DNA from: Azolla caroliniana
Lineage: Eukaryota; Plantae; Polypodiophyta
DNA length: 64,000 bases
Reading direction: 5' to 3'
Assembly: GCA_043228905.1 (NCBI GenBank)
Contig: JBHGNT010000005.1
Span: forward strand, 992,001-1,056,000
Position numbers and translations under genes: made by a program. The notes under the pieces were generated by a model. The model saw only the letters and a program-made list of their open reading frames with translations, was not told where the DNA came from and made no database searches. The stretch's first letter is position 1; each line of letters begins with the position of its first letter. This document shows, piece after piece, positions 14,021-28,108 of the stretch.

Positions 14021-17000
14021 GAAGATTTCACGAGGAAACGAAAGTGCAAAATAAACAATGAATTGCCTCAACGGTAGAAAACCCAAGAAATTAATTGAGA
14101 AATCACTAGTTCTTTTTTTATGATTGTGGGTGTGAAGGTTATATTTTATTGTATGAGTTCTTTGTAGCCTTTGGGCATCTTTCCATTAATACCAAGGCGA
14201 ATCTTTATTAATATAAAACAAACCACCATGACTAACTTATAACAAATTAAAGAACCCTTCTAAGGATCTAAATACTTTTACGACAATAAACTTAATCCTA
14301 CCCTACACACCAATTAAAATGTCGATTATGATTATATGTGACTTTCGTAGAGTTCTCTTTCTTTCTTTCTCTCTTTTGGTGAAAACACATAATTATATTA
14401 ATAAATGTGTGTAAAAAACACTACTTACAATGGGTGTGACAATAGAGTATGGTCACCCACTAACTACACTATATGTGTAGTGGAACATGTTGAATTGCCA
14501 ATAGGCAAGATGAACACTCCTCTAAGGAAATAATTTTTACTTGCTCCAATAAAAAAATTTGCCACTTTAGTACTACTCCCTTCAAATTTCGTAGATATGC
14601 TTTCACTCCATGTCTACCATCGAATAAAACAAAAGCATTCCGCATATACCAATTATAACACAATCTCTCCATTATCTCAGAAATAGAAAAACGATCTCCA
14701 TCTTTGATTTTAGGTCAACCTATGTAAATTGTACAAACACCCACTATCTAGGTGTCAAATAACACCATGATAAAACTTGCCATATTAAAGAAATGGTGAC
14801 ATTGTGGGTACCTCTCTCAACCTCTCTCTCTCGCCCCCCCCTTGCATTGAACCCCCTTGGGAGGGGGGTGGAGGCATTCTAGGCACCACCCCCCACCCGC
14901 AATGCTACTCAATGCACATCACAATCATGCCGCAATCACGTTATCACCCCACAATGATCAACAACCATCACACCATTTATCATCAACCCTAACCCTAAAA
15001 CCATTAACACTTTTTGGCAACCACAATGGCAAATCCCCCTTTGGACGAAGTTATATGCAACAGAAATGTGGGACGATGTGCGAAAGAAGTGAGGAATGGC
15101 ATATTGATTGCTGCACAAATTGTCTATTATACAAGTGTGTTTTGTTTAATATGTCTTTTTGGTGCGGATCTCATCATAAAGAAAGAAGGACGAAAGGGAG
15201 AAAGTAAGCCTATGATCTATATGCGCAAGAGAAGGAAGTGCAGAGGAGGGAGATACCCAAACATCACAAGCCAACCGTATCTTCCAAATATGGGAGAATG
15301 CATTTTTATCGACATACCACCAGACAGACATGGCTAGAAAGACGAATGAGCAGACCGGACAAATGGCCGGATGGTCGAACGACGACATGGACGGACCGAA
15401 TAGAGACATCAATGATAACGGCTGAATGAAGCGGCGGCGGCGGCCGGACACCCAACGGCTGAACGGACATGGCGAATGGAGATGCTACCTGGGGATGGCC
15501 GTGAAAAACGAACACGGATCGGAGAGTCATTGCTGGACCGGACGGAGACAAATACAGAGAGGCGACGGGCAGAGACGGACGGATGATAGGCGGCGGCCAG
15601 AACACCAACAACTCAAAGGGACAACAGATGGCCATAAAAACGAACGGAAGGAACGAACAGAGATGAACCAAAGACACGAAAGCATTTTAAGCATTTGAAT
15701 CTGATCATGGCTGGTGGCAGATTTTAGTTGTGTAAGATCTGCCACCACCCATGATCAGATTTGTGTATTTTCCATTCTTCTTCAACCTTAGATGATAGCC
15801 ATGCAAGAGACTCAACAGAGCAATGATATAAAAGATTAGTAGTCACTTGTAACAACGACGTTTGACCTCGTAAACACCAATCAATCCACGGTTGTTCTCC
15901 TGTTTGTAGAGGTAAGGGACCTTGCATCAATGCAATATTTTTGTAGTTGTTGCCAAATAAACCCATAATTAGGCGGGATGCGTAATAATTGTCGTGCTTC
16001 AACAAACTCCAAAATTCTTTGAGTTGGAACCTCAAGTATAATCTCCCACCTCTTTGACCCCCTATTAATAATTAGTTAATTAATTACGGGTTAATTAGAA
16101 CCTAATTATGTGATTAAGCTAAGCGGAAGATTAAGTGATATGTGTGTGTATGTGTGTGAGAGGAAGAGAGAGAGGAAGTTAGACTTATGAACAACACAAG
16201 ATGGGGGATGATTAACTCTATATTAAATTAGCATCATCAAATACAAAAATGCCCACACAATGAGGTATATATACATCTCATGTGCAAAGGTGCACATGTG
16301 TGAGTAGAATATAGGTACAATCGTGTAAGTCCTATATTAAATGATCTTGGGAGTAGAGGATCTAGAATATCCTACTTAAGTACAAGGCCCTATTTAAGGC
16401 GTTATAGTCAACACTTCTAACTAGATTCTATCCACGTAACTACGAAGTTACATGCTTGACTAACTAACTAACTCTAATTGAGCTTGATCTCTCAACACGC
16501 CCCTTCAAGCTCAAGTGTGAGGTGTCCGACATCTGGTTTTGCTTTTGGCATTGTGCAGCTTTTGATGTTGGCTTCTATGTGACTTTTGATGTTAGCTTCT
16601 GCGTCGTGGCAGTTTCGGTTCCTCCCCCTCAAGCCTGTGATGAAGGCTTGGGTCGACTGCTTTCCCCCATCTTGGGTTCTTGTTCGACCGCTACCTTCAT
16701 CGCGAAGGCATAATGATGGACCATATACTCGTTGTAGCCGAGCCGAGTGACATGATTCTTCTCTCTAGAAGAGCACCAAAATTTTTGGCTTGCCGATGTG
16801 AGCGCATTTTGTACTCCGGGTGTCTGTGTGATGGATACACCAAATTCACTGTCAAGTGAGTGAGCCTATATATCCGAATCATTGTCGTCGGTGTGATCGA
16901 CTTCAAATTCAGGCATCTTACCTTTGCCTTTGTCAAAGGTCGTACTTGGCCACGACGTGCTTGGAATGGTTGAAGGCTTAGGTGGGCTTGAATTGTTCTT

Positions 17001-20000
17001 TGGTAGAGGACTTGGCCGAATATCGTCCTCCGAGTTGACGTTCAACTCTTCCTTGGTCGGGTCGGGTGGAGCCGAATCGGGCTTATACCAAGATGCTGAT
17101 TTGTCGAAGACTACCTTGTCTCGACTCACCCAAACCGCTCAGGTGGAAGGGTTATAGCACTTGTATGCCTTCTTCTTGGATGAGTATCCTACAAGGATAC
17201 ATTCCTCCGACTTCGTGTCAGGCTTCTGTCGTTTTTCATTCAGGATCCGTACATTTGCAATGCTTCCGAACACCTTGAGATGCGACATGATCAGCTTCCT
17301 TCTGACAAGGAGCTCATATGGAGTTAGCTCATGCACTCCATTGGTGGTGCATCTATTCATGAGATAGACGGTCATGGATGCCACTTCGCCCCAATAGAAG
17401 TTCGGCATGTGCTTCTCATGCATAATGGCGCGTGATACCTTGAGTATTTGCCGATTCTTCCTTTTGGCTACTCCATTTTGATGGGGTGCGTGTCGGCACG
17501 AGAATTCTCTCCGAATGCCTTTGCTTTGGATGTAGGAGGTGAATTCGTCGGAGAAGTACTCCTTGCCTCCATCCGATCGTAGGCATCGAATGTGCCAACC
17601 GGTTTCTTTTTCCACTTGGGACTTGAGCTTTTGGAAGTGGGAGACCACTTCACTCTTCTTCTTCATCGGAGAGATCCACATGTAGCAGGAGTAGTGGTTG
17701 ATGAAGGTGACGTTGTATCGGCATCCGCCGATCGTCGACAGTTGAGCCAGTTCCCATAGATCCAAATGTATGACATCGAGGAGGCCTTTGCTCGTGGAGC
17801 TCTCCTTCAGAAATGGGAGTCGATGTTGTTTGTTGAGTTGACACGCTTCGCATATTTGGTCGGCTCGTTTCGACTCGAATGTCAAAAGTCCGATGATGAC
17901 TCCCTTTGTTTGCATCGCTCCAAGCCATTGGAGGTTTATGTGGCCGATTCTCTTGTGCAACAACTCGATATTTGTCTTGGTTTTGAGACCTTTGGCATAC
18001 ATGGATGCTTTCACCTCATTCGAATTGAGGATGAACATGCGACCGTCTCTCCGTCCCTTGGCTATTAGTCGGTCATCTTTCTCGATGAAACAACCTTCGT
18101 TGTTGAAGTGCACTTACATGCCTTGCTCCACGATTTGGCCGATCGAGACCAAATTCTTTGTTATTGTGGGCACGTGCAAGACATTCTTAATGCAAGTTTG
18201 TTCACCTTCTTTCCCAAATGGGACATTGCCGATGTGCCGAATGGGATGTGTGGTGTCATCTCCCGTCTCTATGAAGCCGGGTCGATCCGGCGTTCTTAAG
18301 TCATGAAACCACTCTAGGTATGACGTCCTATGATGCGAAGCACCAGAGTCGACGAACCACACGTCTTCCGAGTTGGAGGTGCTTCTGGAGTTGGAAGCCG
18401 TCATAGAGTTCGTTCTATGTCTCATTACGAATAGACAAGCATAGTCGTCGTATTCGAAGTTGTTGACGTAGTTTGTGAGTTGTTGGCTTGTCGAAGCTGA
18501 CTCACTTCTCTTTTTTAGACACTCCTCTTCGTGGTGACCGATTTTGCCGCAATATTTGCAAGCAACGGGCCACGTTTGTTGACCTTGTTCGGCATGGAAG
18601 CTCCCCCTTCTTCCGAAGGTTCCTTGATGGCTTCCATCTTGTTGTTCAAGGTATGAGTTCCCTTCATTCGATGGGTCTAATCAACCTCTTCTACCACCTC
18701 AACCTCGTCCTCGATCATCATCCAAATTCGAGAAGAACATTTGTCCTTCTGATGCCTACTAACAAGCAGTCGAGGAGATCCGGCAAGACCGGTCTTCTCC
18801 CAGAACGATTCGGCGGGTCACAGAGGAGTCACTCCGGTTGCAGGACCAACAATATACCGACGAAGGCAGTAGCCTGAGCAATTTACGGCAGGTAGAATCG
18901 ATACTACAAACCCTCGCCACAGGCGCTGGAGAATCGGAAGCCTCTTCCAACTTTGAGTCGGAATTGGACAACGAGCACAGTGTGCAATCGAATTATCGAA
19001 GCAGTCATGACACCCCGAACAATCCGAAGGAAGATAGTTCGGAGCACACCGACACTGGAAGTAGACGCAACCTTACCCACACCATCGGACCACGAAACAA
19101 ACCAAGACCACCAATCGGAGAAAACGGCCGAGCGTGTATTGACATCACCACCGGATCAACAATCCGAGAAAAAGAATGATTGCATACCAATGCCACAACC
19201 GAACTAGAAGGCGGATAAAGAAGAGGTTCGGACACCGACACCACCCCCATTACTACCCTTCGACGATGACACCATGCCATACCCGTATCTGAAGTACCGG
19301 GATGAACCGAATGCAGAGGCGCACGTATATGCTTTTCTACAGATATGGGAAGCAAACCATGTCCCGCAACGGTTGATAGAAGGAGAGGTCGAACGATCAA
19401 AGATAACGGAATTTAGGATGACATTGGAGGGACCAGTAGCAAAGTGGCACAAAAAGTACCTTCCCGGGAGCTTTGCCAGATTCAAAGCCTTGCAGGATAT
19501 ATTCCTGCGGTTGTTTCACCGAAAGGTGCAGCAAAGAGAGCTAGTCGGCCAACTCTGTATGGTCTACCAGGAACCCAATGAGTCATTCTCGCAATTCGTG
19601 ATCCATTTCCAAACACTGCACAACGAGTTGACAAGGGCACCTACAGAGGACGAGGCAAAAGTGGTCTCCCTGGCCGCACTCCGGGAACCGCTACGAACGA
19701 TGCTGACGGTATTCGACTTCTGGACAAGCACCATTGATGATGTTGTCGACCAAGTGCTAGAAATGGATAGGGCCCAAAATAGCAATCACATGGCGATGGG
19801 AGCTCTATTATGAGTGCTACCCATAGAAGAGGACTTGCGGTTCAGACAGGTAGTCCAATGTACAACGTGCCTCAACCCTGGTCACTCGACATTAGAATGC
19901 ACGATGCGGACATAGTGCATGTTGTGCCACTCCCGGTCCCACACCATGGACCAGTGCGAGTACAACCTGCTCAATCGGCAAGCGGCACAGGTCCGACACA

Positions 20001-21939
20001 TGGAGCCCCGGAGCGAGCAGCAACCGAAAGAGGAACGGTTCTGGAGGGAAGAACGATATCGATCGGAACAAAGGGACCGGTACGATGACAGAAGACGAGA
20101 GGACTACAACGGAGACCACAACTACTGGCGAGGGGGAGTCTATAATCGAGAGTGTTACGATAGCGACTACTCCCCAGGTTATGATTGAAAAAGAGATGAC
20201 AGAAGATACTTGGAATGACGGGAGTACCTGGATCAGGATAGACGATACCCAGAACGCCAAGGGCACTGGAACCACCGTCGCCACAACCGTAAGGGAAAGC
20301 ATCGCCGAGAAGACTATCGGAAACCGGCTAGAGAATATCGACGAGAGACAAATACATGAACAACAGTCCCAACCCCGCAGCCAGAGCAACGGAGGTCGGA
20401 AGAAACCAATCGGATGAGTTCCAGTATTAAGCCGGGAACGATAGAGAAAGGAGAATCAAGTAATAACCGGTGGGTGTATTGCTACTACTACCGAAAGGAA
20501 GGACATTACAGTGGCCAGTGCCTGGTCATATCCACGGAGAAGTAGTCGGCAGTAAACATGGTGACCACCGAAGTGACGGAGGTTCAACAAGTCACAACAA
20601 GATCCAAAGGAAAAGCTGCCAAGTGGGAGACCCAGGAGACCATAAGGAAGCAAGCCACCGAATGGATACAAAAAGCAAATGAACGAAATGCGGCCGAAGT
20701 GAAAGAACAGATCCAGCCTCTGGAGGAACCAATTTGAAGCATGGATAACGACCCCACTTGGCAAGCGCTACAACAATGTCTGATCATGTTGCCTCTAGGC
20801 CGCTTGTTGCAGTTAGTTCCCCGATTCACGGAAGGACTTAAATCGGTGGTAATGTCACAAAACCCGAAACCAACACCGTCATTCTTTTCCAACCTGGAGT
20901 AAAGATTGGACAAAAGATTTTCACGTGTTCGTGGACGTGTCTAACATAGCAATAGGAAGTGTTTTCATGCAGCTGACTGAACCTAGCTGGTACAATGCAG
21001 TGTATTACGCGAGCTAGAAACTCTCGAGGGCGGAATGTAATTATTCTACAACGGAGGGAGAAGCCCTCAGAATGATATATAGCGTCACAAAGTACTAACA
21101 CAATCTGTTAGGACGCAAGTTTTCCTTCCATGTGGACCATTTAGCGCTAGTATATTTGGTATCCAAGGCGCCACTAACCGGTAAATTGGCACAGTGGACA
21201 TTATTGTTGCAAGAATTCGAGTTCGAAATATACCACCGACCGGGAGTACAACACCCAGTGGTAGACTACTTGAGCTGGTTGGAATCCGGAGAGGCAGGTG
21301 ACAGAGTCCTGGATGAGTAGCTATTTAAGGCCATCGTGGAAACGGTAGTGGATGAGATAGTGGCAGGCGAGGATAAATGGCTCATCGACATGCATCTGTT
21401 CCTAAGTACTAGGCTGTCTTCGGAAGAACTGAGCCGGGATGAACGGAAATGGTTGGCCGTCCAAAGTCACCATTTTTGCTTAATACAGGATACATTGGAC
21501 CACAAGGGAGCGGATGGAATCTAGTGGTGCGTGGTAAGGAGTGACAAAAAGGAAGCAATTTTACGAGAGGCCCACTGCGGCATTGTTGGACTATGCTGGA
21601 GACGCCACCGTCCGGAAGATTTGGAGAAGTGGGCTATGGTGGCTGACAACCCTGAAGGACTCCATCCGGTATGGTAAAGAATGCGATCTTTGCCAAAGGA
21701 TGGGTCAACCCACAGAACAATCACGGATGCCCCATCAACCCGTATTGCCACTAGAACCTTTTCAAAAATGGGGATTAGACTTCATCAAACTATTTAAGCC
21801 ACCGGCAATGCGAACGGGGAACCGGTACATCATCGTCGCAACCGACTATTGCACAATGGGTAGAAGCGAAAGTGCTCCGGGATAACACAACGGCATCAAC
21901 AACGAAATTTTTATATGAATACATATGGTGCTGGTACGG

Positions 21940-22513
21940 TGTCGTGAAGAAAATCGGCCATATGCGGAATCAGAGAAAAAGGCGCATGAACCGGCTCTTA
22001 CACGGATGGACGCGTGAATTGATATTTTGATATTTTGTACATGATTCATAAATGGATCGGCTGATGTAAATACTAAGTAGTACACATTTATTAGGGGATT
22101 GTGCGTATCTCTGTCAAAAGGGACAAGGAATAAAGCGATTTGACTAGGGAGAAAGGGGGCATCCCCCCTTTTTGCAAACTATTTGAGGGAGAGAAGGAAG
22201 ATAGAAGGGATCGCGCGTTAAGGAGGACGGAGTGCTGCAGGACCGAGGGCCGAACTCTCTCTCCGACCGTCATTCTCTGTGGGTGCTGGGAGTTCAACGC
22301 CTCTGCTTCGTGGGTAGCCCGTGTGCTACCAGCAGAGGCTTTTCCTTCTACGTTTCTCTGGGTCCAGTGTTTTCCGCCTGTGTGCATGAGTAGGGTCCTC
22401 GTGTCGGGCCCATCGCCACCTTGTCGGTTGTAATCGTTGGAGTTTGTAATCTCTTGTCATTGTAATTAAGTGTTCCGTTCTATATCTCTCCTTCTTGCTT
22501 CTACGTGTCTGTG

Positions 22514-22558
<45 letters not shown>

Positions 22559-22619
22559 CCTCAGTCCAAGACCCCCATGGTCCCGCCCCTTCTACACGCA
22601 CACGCGTAACAACGCGACA
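21940..22619 (+). mobile_element. Solo LTR D1 (TGTCGTGAAG...AACGCGACA) inserted in the integrase of gypsy B
   Basis: Flanked by a 4-bp duplication ACGG; removing it restores CWYGCPIELISDQG. Confidence 0.9.
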
Positions 22620-23297
22620 ACGGATGTCCGATTGAGCTCATCAGCGACCAAGGTGGTCATTTCCTAGGGCAAGTAGTGGAAAGCCTGACGACGTTTTATG
22701 TGGTAGTGCATAAACGTAGCATAGCTTACTATCCGCAGGCAAACAGATTGGCGGAGTCCACAAATAAAACGCTCCAAAATATTCTCCAAAAAATCGTCAA
22801 TTAGAACCGGACAGACTGGGACACAAAACTGCACAACGCGTTATGGGCATACCGAACAACTTATAAAACAAGTATCCGAATGACACCATTCCGTTTGGCA
22901 TTCAGATTAGAGGCAGTTATGCATATGGAGTTCCAAATTCCCAGTTTACGGATACAACTTCGGGAATGGTTAAGCGAGAAGGAATCAGAAAAGATCCGGT
23001 TGGCAACATTGTACAAACTAGAAGAACACCAGATAGCCAGTGTGTTGCAGTTGGAGCTTGAACAACGTAGGAGGAAAGCTTTTGTGAACCGGCACAAACG
23101 AGGAAGCGAGAAAGAATTCGGCATCGGCAAGCCTGTGCTAGTATTCCAGACCGGTGTTGGCCAATAGAATAAATGGTTTCCGGCTGAAACCATACAAAGG
23201 CCCGATGCCAGAGAATCCATTCAAGCAACCAGAGGAACAACAGGTTTCGGAAACCAGTGCACTTCCGTCTAGAACAGAGCCGGTGCAGTCGGGCAAT

Positions 23298-23569
23298 AAA
23301 GATTAACTAAACGGTTGGAGGGAAAAACTAAATATCACTATGTATGTGAAATGTGGAATGTTGGATAGGTCTTAAGAATTCGTTGATGAACTTTTGGTTT
23401 GGAATGTAGTCTCAAGAGCCCACTGTTGGCTGCACGAGTGTTCGATAGTTTGTTAGTTAATTATGTTGAATTTTTGTAATACTGGACTGTTTTGTTGTAT
23501 ATTGCCTTTGACCACTTTATTTAATACCAATGGAGGATATTTTTATGGGGAAAAGATTAACTAAACGGT
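23298..23569 (+). mobile_element. Short (~235 bp) insertion with 18-bp TSD, probably a 5'-truncated LINE tail
   Basis: aaagattaactaaacggt occurs at 23298-23315 and 23552-23569, flanking an AT-rich, 3'UTR-like stretch. Confidence 0.7.
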
Positions 23570-26500
23570 ATCTAGTACGGCCAGGTATTTCAAGCCATAC
23601 GAGAGATAAAAAAACAAAAAAAAAGCATGCAAAGTAGCATTCAGAGAGAAATATATATATATAAAAAGAAAGCATGCAAGTAGCATGCAAAGAGAAAAAA
23701 AATTAAAAATTAAAAAAGAAAAAAAGAAAAAAAGAAAAAAGAGATACTATTCGATATGATGAATGGCCACCATGAAAAGACGTGAAGACAGGCCATTTAA
23801 AGCACACCACACGGTACCATTATTATGATACATGACGTGCATGCAAGAGAGTTAAGAAGGGGCGGCTGTTAGAGATGGGGATACAAAACATCCAAAAAAG
23901 TGAAGGATTCTCATTTCACGAGAGAAGGCTTTTGAGAGCACAGTAGAGCACATAGGTGTCTGGAAAAGCACATGCAATCACCCAAGCATCAATAGGCAAC
24001 TGTAGCAGCGCAACTGATGAAGAAGACACATGCCCTATGGCGCTCTCGACCGCTACCAGAGACTGCTTCAACAAAAAGTGGTTGGAAGGGTTTCTCCGAG
24101 TAGCGGATGCGCCACCACACGAAGAACTGGAAAATATTGTAGCAAGGATTGACCTCGAGGAGATCTCCGAGGGCACTGTCCAAGCTCTAATTGGGTTACC
24201 GGTTGGAGGGGTGTAGTCCATTGAGAACCCCTCCATAGAAATCTTGACCGAATACTTGGGGGAGTACTCCATCGCCAACAAAGCATACAGAACACAAGGC
24301 GGCGAGAATCCTTTGTTCAGGGAGGTGCCTCGTATTTTATTAGCATATGGATTTGTGCATCCTCGACCACCGGCCATGCTAAAGAATCGGGTCGTATTTA
24401 TCATAGCAACATTCGACGGGCTCAAGGTGGATTGGTCGATCATTATAGCCAACTCTCTACGAGCAGCAATCGCATCCATAGTGGACGCGAAGAAGGCATG
24501 GTGCGGGTTAAGCCCAGTGGCTAACATTACTGGTACGCCCAACACCCGTTGTCAAACCGAAGAAGCGGACCCGGCCGGAAGCTACACCAAATAAGGCATC
24601 CAAACGGCAACAACTCTTGTCAAAACAAAACCCCGAATGGACGACAGGAGAATTGTCTCAGTGGGAAGTGCAAACAACCCACGAGCAAGAACCAGTGGAG
24701 TAGGAACGACCAAACCAATCAAAATCAAGCTACGCTGGCAGGACAAGGATAGGGACATGGATGACCTAGTCCGAGGGTGAACCAAGAAACTGCAGAGGAA
24801 GAGGCTGAAGATGAAGTAGTTGAAGTCCTTTCACGTCGCCCAAGGAAGCGTGACATGGAGTCGTAGGGGGAAGGATCGGGTCCAGAACAGGACAATACCC
24901 CGAAGACCCGCTCAACGGAGGCAGAACCCAGGACAGAAGTAGAGCTGGTAATAAGTCTAGAAGCGGCAACAACGGTTCAACAAGAACCGGTCACAGGAGA
25001 ACTTACCTCATGGTCGCTAGACAACACGGAACATGCTGCCAATGGTTAAAATGGCTCGGAGAGCAACTATCAGGTGTGGTCGACTGAATGGAGGACAAAG
25101 AACGGCAAGCCAGAATTCAGGCGGAACGGTTGCTAGCCACAACCGAAGAATTAGAGAAGGCCCAGGCATAGATCTGAAGCCTGGAGGAAGAATTGAAAAG
25201 GACCAAGGAATATGTGATCATCATGGCTAACATGGGCCAACAAAGTGCAGTAACAGAGCCAGTGCCACCGGCTAATCTACAAAAGGAAGCTCCAGAAACG
25301 GATGCACAACTAGTGGTTTGTACAGTCCTGGAAAAAGATGTTGAGCGGGAACAGGAAATGTTAACCTTAAAGGAGGAATTGACCACTCAAGAAGCATTGC
25401 GCATGAGAGAGAGTGTGTGCAAAAGCAAACAACTGAAGAAGAGAAGCAGAGAATAGAAGAAAATCTCCGGAAAAGTCACGCAAACAATGACCGGCTGAAG
25501 GAGGAAAGAGAAAAACTGTTGCAGGAGAAGGATAAGCTCCGGAGAATGGCAGAAACAGAAATTGAGTGGTTGAAAGAAGAGATCCTATAGTAGAAGGAGA
25601 GAGAGGATCGAGCGCACTCCCAGATAAACCATCGGCTAAAGCAGAAAACAGAGGATTTTGAAAAGTTGCACCAGGACCATAAGCAACTAGATGCCGAACA
25701 CAAGAAGCTTGGGTCAAACTTTGACTGGCAGCAAGAAAAGATGAAAGAAATCCGGACGGAGCTAGCCAAGAAAACGGAGGCGTTGACGAATGAGCATACC
25801 AAGGCGGTTTCTACGGCGAAGCCATTAGCAAAAGCGGCAAAGGAAAAAATGGAGCTAAACAAAAAGCATTATGAAGAAGCAGAACGGGCAAAAATGGTTT
25901 TGGATAGAGTTGGTGAGCTATGAAGTGCAAGCTTAGGCTACCACCACCCTAATTAAGAAGCTAAAGTAGGACAAGCAAGTTGCGGAGGACAAGACAAAGC
26001 TCGGAGTGGGCCGGATCCGGGCAATGGTGAAGGCATGGAAAGACCAGACAAAGAACAATATCGACGACAACTCGGTGGGTTCGTGGACTCAATGGCCGTG
26101 ACAAGCGGCGGAATTATAGGTCTTCCAAGCAGATGCAGAGAACCGGAAGAAGGCCGGTGACAATTTTTACAAGATGGATGAAGAAAGTATTGTCACTATC
26201 CGGGAGGAGTTGGTTGATCACTTCTTTGCCTTGGCCGGAGCTCAACTGGAAGCCGTCAGGAGGCTGATAGAAAGACTTGATGATGATCAGCTCGAAACAC
26301 AACTTCAACTTGAGCAATTCGAACGGGAGCGTTGGAGGCAGGAAGCAGAAAAATGAACAGTAGCAATAAATATTAGTGATGAGGAGCAGACTGTGGAATT
26401 GCAACCGCAACAAGAGGAGCCGCCAAATAAAGCTAAAGGTGAACAACGAGGGGAAGCCAGTACAGACCAAAACAACGCGACTAGGTTGGAGCAGAGAACA

Positions 26501-26694
26501 GGAACTGGAAACGGAGACGATGCCCAAACCGACGCAAGAACAAAGATGCCTCAGTCGGAAGAAGCCGATAAGCAACAATAGGCGTCGTAGGAGCAACAAC
26601 AACCAGACGAGCAGCAACAGAACGAAGAACCACTCAAACTGTTGGGAGACAGGTCCCTCCGGATGGGAAGGGAGAAGAACAATGCTGAAACCGT

Positions 26695-26975
26695 ATGAGG
26701 AGTACCCGGCTACGGAGAGCCGGATGGTGCAGACCCGGTGAGGACCGGATGAGGAGTACCCGGCTACGGAGAGCCGGATGGTGCAGACCCGGTGAGGACC
26801 GGATGAGGAGTACTCGGCTACGGAGAGCCGGATGGTGCAGACTCGGTGAGGACCGGATGAGGAGTACCCGGTTACGGAGAGCTGGATGGTGCAGACCCGG
26901 TGAGAACCGGATGAGGAGTACCTGGCTATGGAGAGCTGGATGGCGCAAACCCGGTGAGGAATGCTCACCGGATGA
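26695..26975. repeat. 54-bp tandem repeat (5 units) at the start of the gypsy B LTR
   Basis: Unit atgaggagtacccggctacggagagccggatggtgcagacccggtgaggaccgg is contiguous with no spacers; the last units are degenerate. Confidence 0.95.
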
Positions 26976-27418
26976 AGAGACATATTCGTAAATATGTTTC
27001 TGAGAGTCCATCGAGGCTATATTTGTAAATGGCCGAAAAGTCATATTAGTATAAATATGACTTAGGCAAACTTTTAGTTACTGTTGTTGTTATTATTTCT
27101 TGTCTGCGTGAGATCAGAGCGCGTAACAGTGTACAGAGAGAGAGAGAGAGAGAGAAAGAGGCCGTTGCCTCTGTTGTAACCACCGCCTGTGGTGAAGATC
27201 GTGAGCACGAGGTCGTTGCCTCCGTGAACTCACTGTTGTACATACCAACCTAGTGATAGTTTGCAGCCTGTGGGCTGCCGTGGTTTTCTCCCTAGTTAGG
27301 GGTTTTCCACGTTAAACATCCTGCATACTCTTCTCTTCCATTGTGTCGTTCTTTATTTCCCATTCTCTGTGTATGATTCTAAGCTCGGTTGTGGCCGAGC
27401 ATTGCGTATAAGGAGCGT

Positions 27419-28108
27419 TGTCGTGAAGAAAACCGTCCCCAGGCGCAAACCGTGTATAGTGTGTGTGAACCGGCCCTTACACGTGGGCACATCCCTTGTT
27501 GTACAGTAGATAGGTAAGCACAAAGGTTAAATCCTAGGTAGCAATATTCTATAGGGGAAATCGAGGAGTATCTCTGTCCGAAAGGATAGAGAATTAATGT
27601 GATGTAAACGGGTGAACGACCTCCCTCCTTGAGCTATAAAGGAGAGGGAGACGGATGGAGATGGGGATCACGCACTAGAGGGGACGAAGTGCTGTCGGAC
27701 TGGGACCGAGCTCTTCTCCTCTGTCGTTCTCCATAGCTTTCTTGGCGCAGGTTCTCGAGAGGCTGATTCTGCTCCGTGGAACGCCCGTGTGCTTCCGGTA
27801 GAATCTCCATCTTGCTCCCCTGTGTGTGTGGGTGATCAGGCATCGACACCCGTCTTGCCGACCTGATCGGCTGTAACCGTTCGGGTCATCTGCATACATA
27901 TATTTATATACGTGTTCTTATACTCTATCTCCGGCCCAACTTGTGTCTCTTGTGTTGATTGGGTTGCGTTCCCGCACGCTTCTTTGTCTATTCGTGTGTG
28001 AGCGTGTCTCTCTCTCTCTCTCTCTCCCTTCGCTTCCTCTCCTATTCCTCGGTCCAAGACCCCAGTGGTCCCGCCTCGTTCTCCACGCACGCGCATAGCA
28101 ACGCGACA
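27419..28108 (+). mobile_element. Solo LTR D2 (same termini as D1) inserted in the gypsy B LTR
   Basis: TGTCGTGAAGAAAA...AACGCGACA termini, shared (CT)n-ccaagaccc tail; flanks GCGT/ACGT. Confidence 0.85.

Larger units (their letters stand above)
1605..14125 (+). repeat. Segmental duplication unit 1 (LOX-A plus flanks)
   Basis: 1605-1783 and 4244-4545 match 36482-36965; gene body matches 42334-48642; 3' flank 10962-14125 matches 57678-60930. Confidence 0.9.

Noticed and set aside
14800-15720. GC-richer stretch with several overlapping ORFs
   Set aside because: No recognisable motif, splice structure or termini; left unannotated.
26695-26975. CRISPR-like array
   Set aside because: Contiguous 54-bp units with no unique spacers, inside a plant LTR; no cas genes.
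26114-26983. 289-aa minus ORF with repeats and a hydrophobic stretch
   Set aside because: Antisense shadow of the purine-rich gypsy extra ORF plus the 54-bp repeat.
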